IMG/VR virus record: IMGVR_UViG_3300032237_000809
Location: 61,504-125,503 of that record
DNA length: 64,000 nucleotides
Origin: a virus
Taxonomy: Duplodnaviria; Caudoviricetes
Direction: 5' to 3' (one strand)
This document shows positions 30,786 through 39,384 of the stretch, in pieces; the stretch's first letter is position 1; the number at the start of each line of letters is the position of its first letter. The notes under the pieces were generated by a model, which worked only from the letters and a program-made list of their open reading frames with translations, did not search any database and was not told the origin of the DNA. Both the position numbers and the translations under genes were made by a program.

Positions 30786-30899
30786 GAGTCCTTTGGGACT
30801 CTTTTTTTATAAATAAAATTATAAAAAGGTATATTAAATGGAAAGAATTACATCGAATCAAGTAGTTGATTTAATGGAGGCATATCAGGCAGTATATGT

Positions 30900-31003
30900 T
30901 CCTCAAGAAAATTTAAATGAAGAATTGGTCTGGGAAGAAGTTGAAAATTGGTCCTCAAGAAAATTTAAATGAAGAATTGGTCTGGGAAGAAGTTGAAAAT
31001 TGG
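30900..31003 (+). repeat. Perfect 52-bp tandem duplication
   Basis: 30900-30951 identical to 30952-31003. Confidence 0.92.
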
Positions 31004-31514
31004 GTAAATTCTCTTTTAGAAGAAGGATATGACTTGGGAGATTATGCTTGGGAAGAAATGTATGAGGAATATTTGAGTGAAGTTCCCATGACTGGTAGCA
31101 ATCGTCCCACTAAATTAAGTGACCCGTTAGCAAATACAGGACGCGCTATAGGAAGTGCAGCACGTTCTTTTGTTACGGGTTCCTCTAGACCAGGCAATAC
31201 TGGATCTCAATCTACGAGGGCAACACAACCTTCACCAGGAACTTCGACTGGTGGGGGAGGATATGCTGCCGGCCGTACTACAAGTTCACCGGTAACACCA
31301 TATCGTGCAAATGATCCTAGAAGAACTGATACTAGTACAAGATCAAGATTTGCTCGTCCAATGAATGCAGGAACTCCAAGTACAGTTGCCGTCAGAGGAA
31401 CTGGTGGATCTTCTACACAAAGACCACCAATTGGATCTTTACCTGCAAGTGCAAGACAACCAACACAATATCCAGCAGGAGTTTCTACTGGTGTTGGTGG
31501 TGGAAATGCTGGTG

Positions 31515-31712
31515 CCTCTAGACCCGCTCCTGCTGCCCCTGCTAGACCAGTTGCTAGACCCTCTGCTGCCGCTCCTAGACCCGCTGCTAGTGCCCCTGCT
31601 GCCGCTCCTAGACCAGTTGCTAGACCGTCTGCTGCTCCTGCTCCTAGTGTCCCTAGATCCGCTACTAGTGCCCCTGCTGCCGCTCCTAGACCCGCTGCTA
31701 GTGCTCCTAGTA
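31515..31712 (+). repeat. Imperfect coding repeats (Pro/Ala/Arg/Ser-rich)
   Basis: Recurrent gctcctagacc / gctagtgcccctgctgcc units encoding PAAAPRP.. Confidence 0.75.
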
Positions 31713-32317
31713 TATCAAAATCTACATCTCAAGCACCTAGTACATCCCCTGCTGCAACAACTGGTAATCCACCATTAGCACCAAAACCATTACCCCCAAT
31801 CATGGGTAAACCAAGTCTTTCATCGCAAGCAGCAGAAATTCGTGCCATGAGACAAAGATCTCAACAACGTATTATCTCACAAGGTGGAACTCCAGCAACT
31901 GCATTGGTTCAAAGTTTTGATCCATTTGATGTTGTATTGGGACATCTAATTGATGAAGGTTATGCTGATACTGAAGAATCAGCACTCCAAATTATGGCAA
32001 ATATGAGTGAAGAGTGGAGAGATGGAATTCTTGATGAAGCAAAAACTGTTATGAGTGTGACATCACCTTCTGAAAAATCCAGAAGATTAAATATATCCAA
32101 AGCTAAACCTTCAGAAAATTTGGAAGGTTAAAGAAGACTGTCTGCTGCCAGAGATATGAAACAACAGGATGTTGATCGTAGGGCTCCTCAAATTGAAAAA
32201 AAAAAAATTAAAAGAAGACATAATATTAATTGAAGACTACTTTCCAAACTGTTCATATAGAGGTCTTCGGACCTCTTTTTTTTATAAATAAGTTTATACA
32301 GAAAATATTTTATTAAA

Positions 32318-33853
32318 ATGTCTAACCTATCAACAGAAGTTTTTGGAGATATGAATTTTCTTTATGAGCATATTGCAACTAAAGAAAATGAAAAACTTAA
32401 TGAAAACTCTGAATACTATGACGAAGAATTTGCAGAACTTGTAGAGAATATTATTTCTACTATTTCTTTATCAATGGTCTATGAAGGTTATAGTGCAGAA
32501 GGAATTTTATCATTTCTTGCAGATTTTTCAGAAGAAGATATCGTTGAAAGATATTTAAATTTTGATGAAAATATTCTTACGGAAAGTGTAGTTCCTGAAG
32601 AGTATATTGTTGAACAATTAGATATTTTTGATAACGCCATTTCTGAAGGTTTAGGAACAGTAATTGGAAGAGTTGCTAAAGGTGCAGCTTCCCTGGCAGG
32701 AAGAATTGTTTCAAAACCTGCAAGAATGAAGGTTGCACAAAAACTCATGACTAGCACAAATCCTGCTAGAACAGGAAAGGCAGTTGATAGATTGGCAAGA
32801 ATGAAGTTGAACAAGGCAGGAGCTCCTGCGGATGTGACTAAAGGTTTAGTAGATGCTGCACCAAATATTTCAACAAAAGCTAGATTAATAGCAACTGCTC
32901 CTGTAATGGGTAAGGTCGTTAAGGGTGTACAAAAAGTAAAAGATATTGCCAGAGGTGCAAAAGCAGCATTAACGGGTTCAACTGCTAAAAAAATTGGTTT
33001 GGGTGCTGCAGCATTAGGTGCTGCTACTGGAGCAGGTTATATTGGTGGTAAGATGTCGGGAGCAGGTGGTGGTCAAGGATCTTCACCAGCAATTGCAAAA
33101 TCAACAGGTAAACCCTCTGACAATTTTATGCAAGGTAGTTCTCTTGCTAAACTTGGTGGAAGAGAAGGTAGAGTTAAAGGTGGAGAATTTAGAAGTATTA
33201 ATTGGACGCAACAATCTAGAGATAGGTATAACGCAGCAAATCCATCTACAAAACCTACAGCATCTGCTGCATCTACACCTTCTGCTCCTAGTGGCAGTGG
33301 TGGTGGTTCTGCTGCATCTTCTGGTGGCGGTGGCGGTGGTGCTGGAACAAGAGCACCTTCTGCTGCAAGAGCATCTTCTCCATCAAAAGCATCCTCTGCT
33401 ACAAAGGCAAAAGAAACGGGTAAAACTCCAGCAGGAGAGACACCAATGCAGACTTGGGCAAGAACTAATCCAAAACTTGCTGCTAAAGTAAAACTTGGTC
33501 AGTCTGGATACGATGAAATTTCTGCAAAAAGAACTGTACCTGGACCTTATGAAAAACAGGATCAAACTCCAACAACTGGACCAGAACCAACAGAAGCACA
33601 AAAGACTCAAGCAGGATCAGATGTTGCTGCATATCAGGCAGCAGAAAAGGAAAGATTTAATAAAAAGCAAAAAGAAGTAGCAGCATTAACACAGAAAGAA
33701 TCTTATGATGCATATGATTTGGTAATTGAATATTTACTTCATACTGGACATGCAGATACAATCTCTGAAGCAGAATATGTAATATCAAATTTTGATTCTG
33801 ATATGCTTGATACTCTTATTGAATCTACAGCAATCTGGATTGAAAATCTTTGA
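32318..33853 (+). CDS. Late modular protein, family member 4
   Basis: Acidic N-terminus, basic Gly/Ala/Ser-rich middle, degenerate end module YDAYDLVIEYLLHTGHADT..EAEY; TATAAATA at 32283-32290. Confidence 0.7.
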   Translation: MSNLSTEVFGDMNFLYEHIATKENEKLNENSEYYDEEFAELVENIISTISLSMVYEGYSAEGILSFLADFSEEDIVERYLNFDENILTESVVPEEYIVEQLDIFDNAISEGLGTVIGRVAKGAASLAGRIVSKPARMKVAQKLMTSTNPARTGKAVDRLARMKLNKAGAPADVTKGLVDAAPNISTKARLIATAPVMGKVVKGVQKVKDIARGAKAALTGSTAKKIGLGAAALGAATGAGYIGGKMSGAGGGQGSSPAIAKSTGKPSDNFMQGSSLAKLGGREGRVKGGEFRSINWTQQSRDRYNAANPSTKPTASAASTPSAPSGSGGGSAASSGGGGGGAGTRAPSAARASSPSKASSATKAKETGKTPAGETPMQTWARTNPKLAAKVKLGQSGYDEISAKRTVPGPYEKQDQTPTTGPEPTEAQKTQAGSDVAAYQAAEKERFNKKQKEVAALTQKESYDAYDLVIEYLLHTGHADTISEAEYVISNFDSDMLDTLIESTAIWIENL

Positions 33854-33961
33854 TTACTGAGATTATAACATAATCTAAGGGGGCTTGACAAGTCCTCTTT
33901 TTTTATGTAGACTAGGTTTGTCCCGGTTGAAGATAAATAATAACTCATAAGATTACTTAAA

Positions 33962-34411
33962 ATGAGTTATGAAAATCCTTGGATATATCAAGGAGAAATA
34001 TTTGAATCAAATCATATAGGAAATTATTTTGGTTTTGTTTATCTTATATCCTGTAAGACCACCGGTAGAAAATATATTGGACGTAAGTATCTATGGTCAT
34101 TCAGAACTCCACCTGGAAAAAAAAGAAAAGTAAAATCGGAGTCTGATTGGAAAAAATATTATGGATCTTGTCCAGAATTAAAAGAAGATGTGAATAAGTA
34201 CGGTAAAGAGTTTTTCAGTAGAGAAATAATAAGTCTTCATAAAACCAAGGGTAAATGTAATTTTGAAGAAACACGGCAATTATTCCTAAATAATGTGCTG
34301 ACCGAAGCACTTGACACTGGAGAACCTGCATACTACAATTCGCAAATTTTAAGTCGTTATTTTAGGAAAGATTACTTTCATAAAGGATATGTTGCTAAAA
34401 TTATTGATTAA
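33962..34411 (+). CDS. GIY-YIG nuclease (endonuclease II/Seg-like)
   Basis: GFVY...KYIGRK, YYGS, E...L, YN. Confidence 0.8.
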   Translation: MSYENPWIYQGEIFESNHIGNYFGFVYLISCKTTGRKYIGRKYLWSFRTPPGKKRKVKSESDWKKYYGSCPELKEDVNKYGKEFFSREIISLHKTKGKCNFEETRQLFLNNVLTEALDTGEPAYYNSQILSRYFRKDYFHKGYVAKIID

Positions 34412-34447
34412 TGCTAAGATAGAAGCATCAATACTTCTCTAAATACT

Positions 34448-34633
34448 ATGGTTACACTTGAAACCACGCTTCGTAAATCACATGATTGGGCAATCGATAG
34501 AATTCACTTTCTAAGTGAACAAGAAGAATATGAAGATGCTCATGCAATTCAATCTGAATTTAATGAATGGTTGAATCCATATATTTCAGAACATGATATT
34601 TTTTCATTAACATATCTAGGAGAAAAAAAATGA
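34448..34633 (+). CDS. Hypothetical protein
   Basis: 61-aa ORF overlapping next start. Confidence 0.55.
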   Translation: MVTLETTLRKSHDWAIDRIHFLSEQEEYEDAHAIQSEFNEWLNPYISEHDIFSLTYLGEKK

Positions 34634-35334
34634 AAATTGATTTACTAAACTTTTTTGAATATTTTGATTCAAGAAATCCAAAACATGTTGCTGCAGTAGA
34701 GCAATTTGAACAGGACTTGGAGCAAAAACAACCAGATTTAATTCAAGATGAATCTAATTGGGTAAGAATATTCAGACAAAAATTACCAGTTCCACAACAA
34801 TTTGGAGTTCTGTCTGTTCCGTACTATCCTCAAACAGATAACTATCGGGATGCAAGTAGAACTTGCAATTCATCATCTTGTGCAATGTGCCTTGAGTTTT
34901 TTAAACCAGGCACATTAAAAGGAGAAAAAGGTGATGATGATTATATCCGAAAAGTATTTTCAATCGGTGATACAACGGATCATGCAGTTCAAACTAAAGT
35001 TCTTGCTTCTTATGGCGTTGAATCCGAATTTAGTTACACTTTGGGATTTTCTGATTTAGATAATAGTTTATCTGCCGGAAAACCAGTTGTAATTGGTATA
35101 CTTCACAGAGGACCATTATCTGCTCCTACTGGTGGTCATATGATAGTAGTAATTGGTAAAAAAGGTGAGGATTATGTTGTAAATGATCCTTATGGAAGTT
35201 TAAATGATGGATATACCGGTGCCGTATCTAATGGTAAAGGTGCTGTATATAAAAAATCTGAACTTACTCAAAGATGGTTAGATCACGGTAAAGATAAGAC
35301 TGGTTGGGGGAGAATCTTTCAATCAAAAAAGTAG
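34630..35334 (+). CDS. C39-like cysteine peptidase (lysin); N-terminal part of predicted frameshift fusion
   Basis: VPYYPQ...TCNSSSCAM, GGHMIVVIG, VNDPYG. Confidence 0.85.
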   Translation: MKIDLLNFFEYFDSRNPKHVAAVEQFEQDLEQKQPDLIQDESNWVRIFRQKLPVPQQFGVLSVPYYPQTDNYRDASRTCNSSSCAMCLEFFKPGTLKGEKGDDDYIRKVFSIGDTTDHAVQTKVLASYGVESEFSYTLGFSDLDNSLSAGKPVVIGILHRGPLSAPTGGHMIVVIGKKGEDYVVNDPYGSLNDGYTGAVSNGKGAVYKKSELTQRWLDHGKDKTGWGRIFQSKK

Positions 35335-35825
35335 AAAGTTCTATTCCTATTGAAAGAGTCTCTAAAGGAATAGAACTGATTAAACAATTTGAGGGATGTA
35401 GTTTATATGCCTATAATGATCCTCTTACAGGAGGATTACCAATTACTATTGGTTGGGGAAGCACTAAAAGTTTGACTGGAAAACCTCTTAAACTTGGTGA
35501 CAAATTGACTCAGAATGAAGCAGATTTATTATTGTTACAACATATAAAAACTGAATTTCTTCCTTCTTTAAAAAATATTCCTTATTGGAATGAGATGAAT
35601 GAAGAAATGCAGTCTGCACTTTTAAGTTTTAGTTATAATTTAGGAGCAGTATTTTATGGCAGTAGTGGATTTAATACCATTACAAAACTATTAGCGGAAA
35701 AGAAATGGAATGAAATTCCAGAAGCACTCAAAATGTATAGAAATCCTGGAACTTCGGTTGAACTTGGATTGCTTCGCAGAAGAACTGCTGAAGGTAAATT
35801 GTGGGAAGACGGTTTAAAAAAATAA
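35304..35825 (+). CDS. GH24 lysozyme domain in the -1 frame
   Basis: LIKQFEG..AYND...TIGWG, ALLSFSYNLG, GLLRRRTAE..LW; no ATG before the catalytic Glu. Confidence 0.85.
   Translation: MGENLSIKKVESSIPIERVSKGIELIKQFEGCSLYAYNDPLTGGLPITIGWGSTKSLTGKPLKLGDKLTQNEADLLLLQHIKTEFLPSLKNIPYWNEMNEEMQSALLSFSYNLGAVFYGSSGFNTITKLLAEKKWNEIPEALKMYRNPGTSVELGLLRRRTAEGKLWEDGLKK
35307..35377 (+). promoter_or_regulatory. Programmed -1 ribosomal frameshift signal
   Basis: GGGGAG 35307-12; A_AAA_AAG 35325-31 before TAG; stem AGTTCTATTCCT (35337-48) / AGGAATAGAACT (35366-77). Confidence 0.8.
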
Positions 35826-35859
35826 TTAAATAAATAATAGTAGATTTACCGAGGATATT

Positions 35860-36048
35860 ATGACTACTCTCACTCTCGCCACACTTGCAGTAAAAGGACT
35901 TAGCGCAGCAAATTTTCAACTTTTTCTTGCTGCTCTTTTAGCAGTATCTGAGGTTCTTGGAGCAGATCCAAGAATTAAGGCAAATGGAATTGTATCATTT
36001 GTTCTTATTCAAGTTCAAAACTTTCTCAAGTCCAAAGAAACCAAGTGA
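35860..36048 (+). CDS. Small membrane protein, holin candidate
   Basis: Hydrophobic segments, basic C-tail, directly after lysin. Confidence 0.45.
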   Translation: MTTLTLATLAVKGLSAANFQLFLAALLAVSEVLGADPRIKANGIVSFVLIQVQNFLKSKETK

Positions 36049-36093
36049 TCTTTAAATAGGTTCAATTTTAAGAGGGGAGAAATCCCCTCTTTT

Positions 36094-36210
36094 TTAATGG
36101 TCAATTTTATCCTCTATTGAATCGATACAAAGAATATAAACAATAAAACCTAAAGTTGCAAAAAGAACTATTCCCAATCCTATTGTTATATCCAAAGGAA
36201 AATCATTCAT
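36094..36210 (-). CDS. Small single-TM protein
   Basis: MNDFPLDITIGLGIVLFATLGFIVYILCIDSIEDKIDH*. Confidence 0.5.
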   Translation of the reverse strand: MNDFPLDITIGLGIVLFATLGFIVYILCIDSIEDKIDH

Positions 36211-36403
36211 TCCAAAATCCCTCTTGTTTATGTATCCAAATTTTTAGATCTTTTACGTATTGTCTTAAAATTTGTGCTTGTTGTTCATGCCAAGGATCTC
36301 CTGTTTCCAATCCGATCCTAATATGATTATCTATCGCTTGTAATATTTGATGAATTGGTTTATTCCAATGCTCACGATGTGGAGTATTCCATTCTCTTCC
36401 CAT
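36203..36403 (-). CDS. Hypothetical protein
   Basis: 66-aa ORF in short minus-strand operon. Confidence 0.6.
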   Translation of the reverse strand: MGREWNTPHREHWNKPIHQILQAIDNHIRIGLETGDPWHEQQAQILRQYVKDLKIWIHKQEGFWNE

Positions 36404-36409
36404 ATATCT

Positions 36410-36523
36410 TTACCTTTTTTTTCCACCGTTTTTTGCTTTTTTAGCAGAAGCATTTCCTTGATTCTGTTTAGATTGCTTTCCGCCAGCAGAACCTTTTTTT
36501 CCTTTATTTGCTGATTTAGCCAT
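36410..36523 (-). CDS. Very basic 37-aa peptide
   Basis: MAKSANKGKKGSAGGKQSKQNQGNASAKKAKNGGKKR*; CATAAATA upstream on - strand. Confidence 0.55.
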   Translation of the reverse strand: MAKSANKGKKGSAGGKQSKQNQGNASAKKAKNGGKKR

Positions 36524-36593
36524 GATTCGGCATACCACATATCAATATATTTATGTTATAATATAAATATTCCACATTTAATTTTGAAAAAAA

Positions 36594-36815
36594 ATGGCTG
36601 AAATGACTCAAATTACTGAACAGCAACAACATCTTGTAAATTTGATTAATCAAAGACAAACTCTGTCACAAGAAATTGAAACTCTTGGAGGACAGATTGG
36701 TAGTAAAAAAGAACTTTTTTTTAAAGTCCAGGGTGTGATTGAATATTTGACTCAAATTGGAGTGGTGCTTCCCGAACCAGAAGAGACAGATGGTGAAGTG
36801 TCTGATGAGTATTGA
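36594..36815 (+). CDS. Hypothetical coiled-coil protein
   Basis: 73-aa ORF after TATAAATA. Confidence 0.6.
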   Translation: MAEMTQITEQQQHLVNLINQRQTLSQEIETLGGQIGSKKELFFKVQGVIEYLTQIGVVLPEPEETDGEVSDEY

Positions 36816-36970
36816 CAAATTCTAAATACTAGATTATTATTTGCAAATCCCTGTTATGAGCAGGGTACTCGTTATGAGTCTTTGATTTGAAACCTAGAGC
36901 CGTGGAAGGTGCCTCCCGAGAGGATTGGTGTACCCCCCTTTTATACGGATGTCGAATTCTATTAAAACTA

Positions 36971-37627
36971 ATGCAAAAATGCTTTACAACTGTAGCCGTT
37001 TCTCTTATTGGAGCGGTTGCAACTTCAGTGGCAACGATGCCAACACCGAGTCTCGCAAGTTCTTCTAATCTACAACCGCCATTTGCGATTGTTCCAGAAG
37101 TGCCCGTAACTCAGGAGACAGCGACCAGACTGGTTGTTCCCGAAAAACCAAAAGAAACCCGGTATATTTGTAAGGGATGTAATGAAACAGAATCCCGTGC
37201 TCTTGCTTTTATGCAGGACAAGGGAATCAAAGATAAAAATGCCCTTGCCACTATCATGGGTAATATTAAACAAGAGTCTACTTTTGTTTCTAATATCTGT
37301 GAAGGTGGTGCTAGAACCTCTTACCGAGGTTGTAGAAGTGGTGGTTATGGAATCATTCAATGGACTTCTATCGATCGATATGAAGGTCTTGGTGAACATG
37401 CTGCCCGTATTAAAGGTGATCCTTCTACCATTGAAACCCAATTAGATTACATGCTTCATGAATATGATTGGAAAATGATTGAGGATGGAATGAAAACCCC
37501 AGGAAAATCAATTACTGATTATATGCGTCTTGCTCAAAAATGGATCCGATGGGGACACCATGGAGCAAGAACTAACTTTGCTTATAACTACTCTAAAAAG
37601 TTAGTTTTGAGTGAGATTAATTCTTGA
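36971..37627 (+). CDS. Secreted phage tail-lysozyme-family muramidase
   Basis: Signal-peptide-like N-terminus; IMGNIKQES, GYGIIQWT...R, QLDY. Confidence 0.75.
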   Translation: MQKCFTTVAVSLIGAVATSVATMPTPSLASSSNLQPPFAIVPEVPVTQETATRLVVPEKPKETRYICKGCNETESRALAFMQDKGIKDKNALATIMGNIKQESTFVSNICEGGARTSYRGCRSGGYGIIQWTSIDRYEGLGEHAARIKGDPSTIETQLDYMLHEYDWKMIEDGMKTPGKSITDYMRLAQKWIRWGHHGARTNFAYNYSKKLVLSEINS

Positions 37628-37743
37628 TTTTTCATTACTTTTAAATGAAATTGGAGTGCTTCGGTGCTCCTTTTTTTTATGCAATCAAATAATTTGTAAA
37701 ATATAAATTATATACATATTTCTGTAATATATTTAAATTTATC

Positions 37744-37941
37744 ATGTCAGAAACAGTAAAGCAAATTGCTGATGCATTTTTTATTTGGCAAACTGAAGAT
37801 GAAAAGTTTGTAAATGGGAATAGTGCTGCAGGAACTCGTGCTCGTAAAGCACTTCAAGAAGTTGTTAAACTTGCAAAAACAAGAAGATCTGAAATCTCAG
37901 ATGAAAAGACTTCTCGCAAAGAATCTAAGCAAGCAGGTTGA
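37744..37941 (+). CDS. Small basic Hc1-like protein
   Basis: KF..GNSAAGTRARKAL...K..R.EI. Confidence 0.55.
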   Translation: MSETVKQIADAFFIWQTEDEKFVNGNSAAGTRARKALQEVVKLAKTRRSEISDEKTSRKESKQAG

Positions 37942-37958
37942 ACTCATAAAATTTTTCT

Positions 37959-38408
37959 ATGTCTTTTAATTTTAATTTTGGAAATAAAAAACCAACTATA
38001 AAACAATATGCAATTGTAGCAATTGTATTGAGTTCTATCATTGGATTACTTTCTCAATGTACTAAAATTAAAGAAGATACAATTTGGGATACACTTGATG
38101 AAATTCAAAGAAAATATTATCCACAAACTATTATCAATGATTTTATAATTAAAGATCCTGAAAAGTTAAATAGGCGAGTTCATAGAGATGTTGATAGAGC
38201 AATAAATCAGGTTACTCCAGAGTATGATCGCATCATTAAAGAATCAGATAAGAAGTATCAACCAAGATACGTGGAAGAAAAGAATGATGAAAGTGTATGC
38301 TACACTGATGATTGTAAGGCACTTGCCCCTCCTATGAGGATCTGTGCCTCATGGGTTTCAGATTGCCCCTTGACAGACCAAGAGGATCCTGGTATTCTTA
38401 GGAAGTGA
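37959..38408 (+). CDS. Membrane-anchored hypothetical protein
   Basis: N-terminal hydrophobic segment, Cys-rich C-terminus. Confidence 0.6.
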   Translation: MSFNFNFGNKKPTIKQYAIVAIVLSSIIGLLSQCTKIKEDTIWDTLDEIQRKYYPQTIINDFIIKDPEKLNRRVHRDVDRAINQVTPEYDRIIKESDKKYQPRYVEEKNDESVCYTDDCKALAPPMRICASWVSDCPLTDQEDPGILRK

Positions 38409-38477
38409 GAGTGATGCCAAAAACACGGCACCCCGACAAGGGATACAGTAGAAGAATGCAAAGTCTTCCACTCTCAT
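38405..38477 (+). ncRNA. Candidate structured small RNA (four-helix junction)
   Basis: GTGAGAGTG/CACTCTCAT closing stem with three inner hairpins, at predicted TSS of TTGACA-17-TATTCT (38370-38398). Confidence 0.45.
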
Positions 38478-38480
38478 ACT

Positions 38481-38553
38481 GGGTCAATAACTCAGATGGT
38501 AGAGTAGCGGGCTTTTAACCTGTAAGTCGTGAGTTCGATCCTCACTTGACCCA
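38481..38553 (+). tRNA. tRNA-Lys(UUU)
   Basis: GGGTCAA/TTGACCC, loop CTTTTAA. Confidence 0.92.
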
Positions 38554-38676
38554 CTTGCCGTGGTTCAAAACTTTATATAAGATCCAGTGGGGCACTTATT
38601 TAAAGGTTTGATTTAGATTCACACTCACGCGGTAACCCATTGACAATCAGATCCAGAAATGATATGATTGTCTCAT

Positions 38677-38750
38677 GTCTTGGTAGCTCAGATGGATAGA
38701 GCCACTCACTTCTAATGAGTTGGTCGGGGGTTCAAGTCCCTCCCAAGACG
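38677..38750 (+). tRNA. tRNA-Arg(UCU)
   Basis: GTCTTGG/CCAAGAC, loop CTTCTAA. Confidence 0.92.
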
Positions 38751-38950
38751 TTGAAGTAGTCGTTATGCTCATAGCATAGAAAGACGCTTCATATATACTA
38801 TGATAGAGGTTAAGTCCCTGTTATATCCTTATGAGATATCTCACACTTAATCCATCAAAATGTAGGTGCCAAAACCTCTCCTTGGTCCAATTGTGGCTAA
38901 GTGAATGTGAAGAGTGATAACATAGGTAAAGTTATCTCCACCTACCACAT

Positions 38951-39023
38951 TCCCTCTTAGCACAGCGGTAGTTGCGTCTGACTGTTAATCAGAATGTCCC
39001 TGGTTCGATCCCAGGAGGGGGAG
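38951..39023 (+). tRNA. tRNA-Asn(GUU)
   Basis: TCCCTCT/AGGGGGA, loop CTGTTAA. Confidence 0.92.
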
Positions 39024-39101
39024 TTGAAAGGTCTGGAAATATTCGGATCTTTCACTAAATCCTAAATTTTTTAGGTTGGGGATTTGATCACCCCCATTAA
39101 T

Positions 39102-39173
39102 GCCTCTGTAGCTCAGTGGTAGAGCAGGGCTTTTGTAAAGCTCAGGTCGCAAGTTCAAATCTTGTCGGGGGCT
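39102..39173 (+). tRNA. tRNA-Thr(UGU)
   Basis: GCCTCTG/CGGGGGC, loop TTTGTAA. Confidence 0.9.
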
Positions 39174-39258
39174 TGACATAATAAGTATTATGTCTTATAC
39201 TTTAGTTGCAAATCCACAAAAAATACATAAGGGAATTTCTGCTCAATATAAAAATATT

Positions 39259-39329
39259 GCGTGATTGATGTAGTGGTAACATTCCTCCCTTCCAAGGAGA
39301 TCTCCTCGGTTCAAATCCGTGATCACGCT
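39259..39329 (+). tRNA. tRNA-Gly(UCC)
   Basis: GCGTGAT/ATCACGC, loop CTTCCAA; one mismatch each in T and anticodon stems. Confidence 0.8.
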
Positions 39330-39384
39330 TTCCCAATTTTTTGGGAGTCTAAATAACCTTCGTAGTTGTAAATCTTAACAAAAT

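Larger units (their letters stand above)
30838..32131 (+). pseudogene. Late modular protein, family member 3, frameshifted by a 52-bp tandem duplication
   Basis: Natural start MERITSNQVVDLMEAYQAVY at 30838 after TATAAATA (30808-30815) stops at 30972; rest continues in ORF 30917-32131. Confidence 0.7.

Noticed and set aside
30917-30952. MKNWSGKKLKIG as the start of the 404-aa ORF
   Set aside because: By-product of the 52-bp duplication; the family-type start is at 30838
31365-31778. Leu-rich LLDPLL repeat ORF (also 33018-33491)
   Set aside because: Alternate-frame reading of Pro/Ala-rich coding repeats
32129-32131. Stop-codon reassignment
   Set aside because: Core genes end normally at TAA, TAG and TGA, and no suppressor tRNA is present
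36331-36540. 69-aa minus-strand ORF MWYAES...
   Set aside because: Overlaps 36203-36403; the alternative frame 36410-36523 fits better
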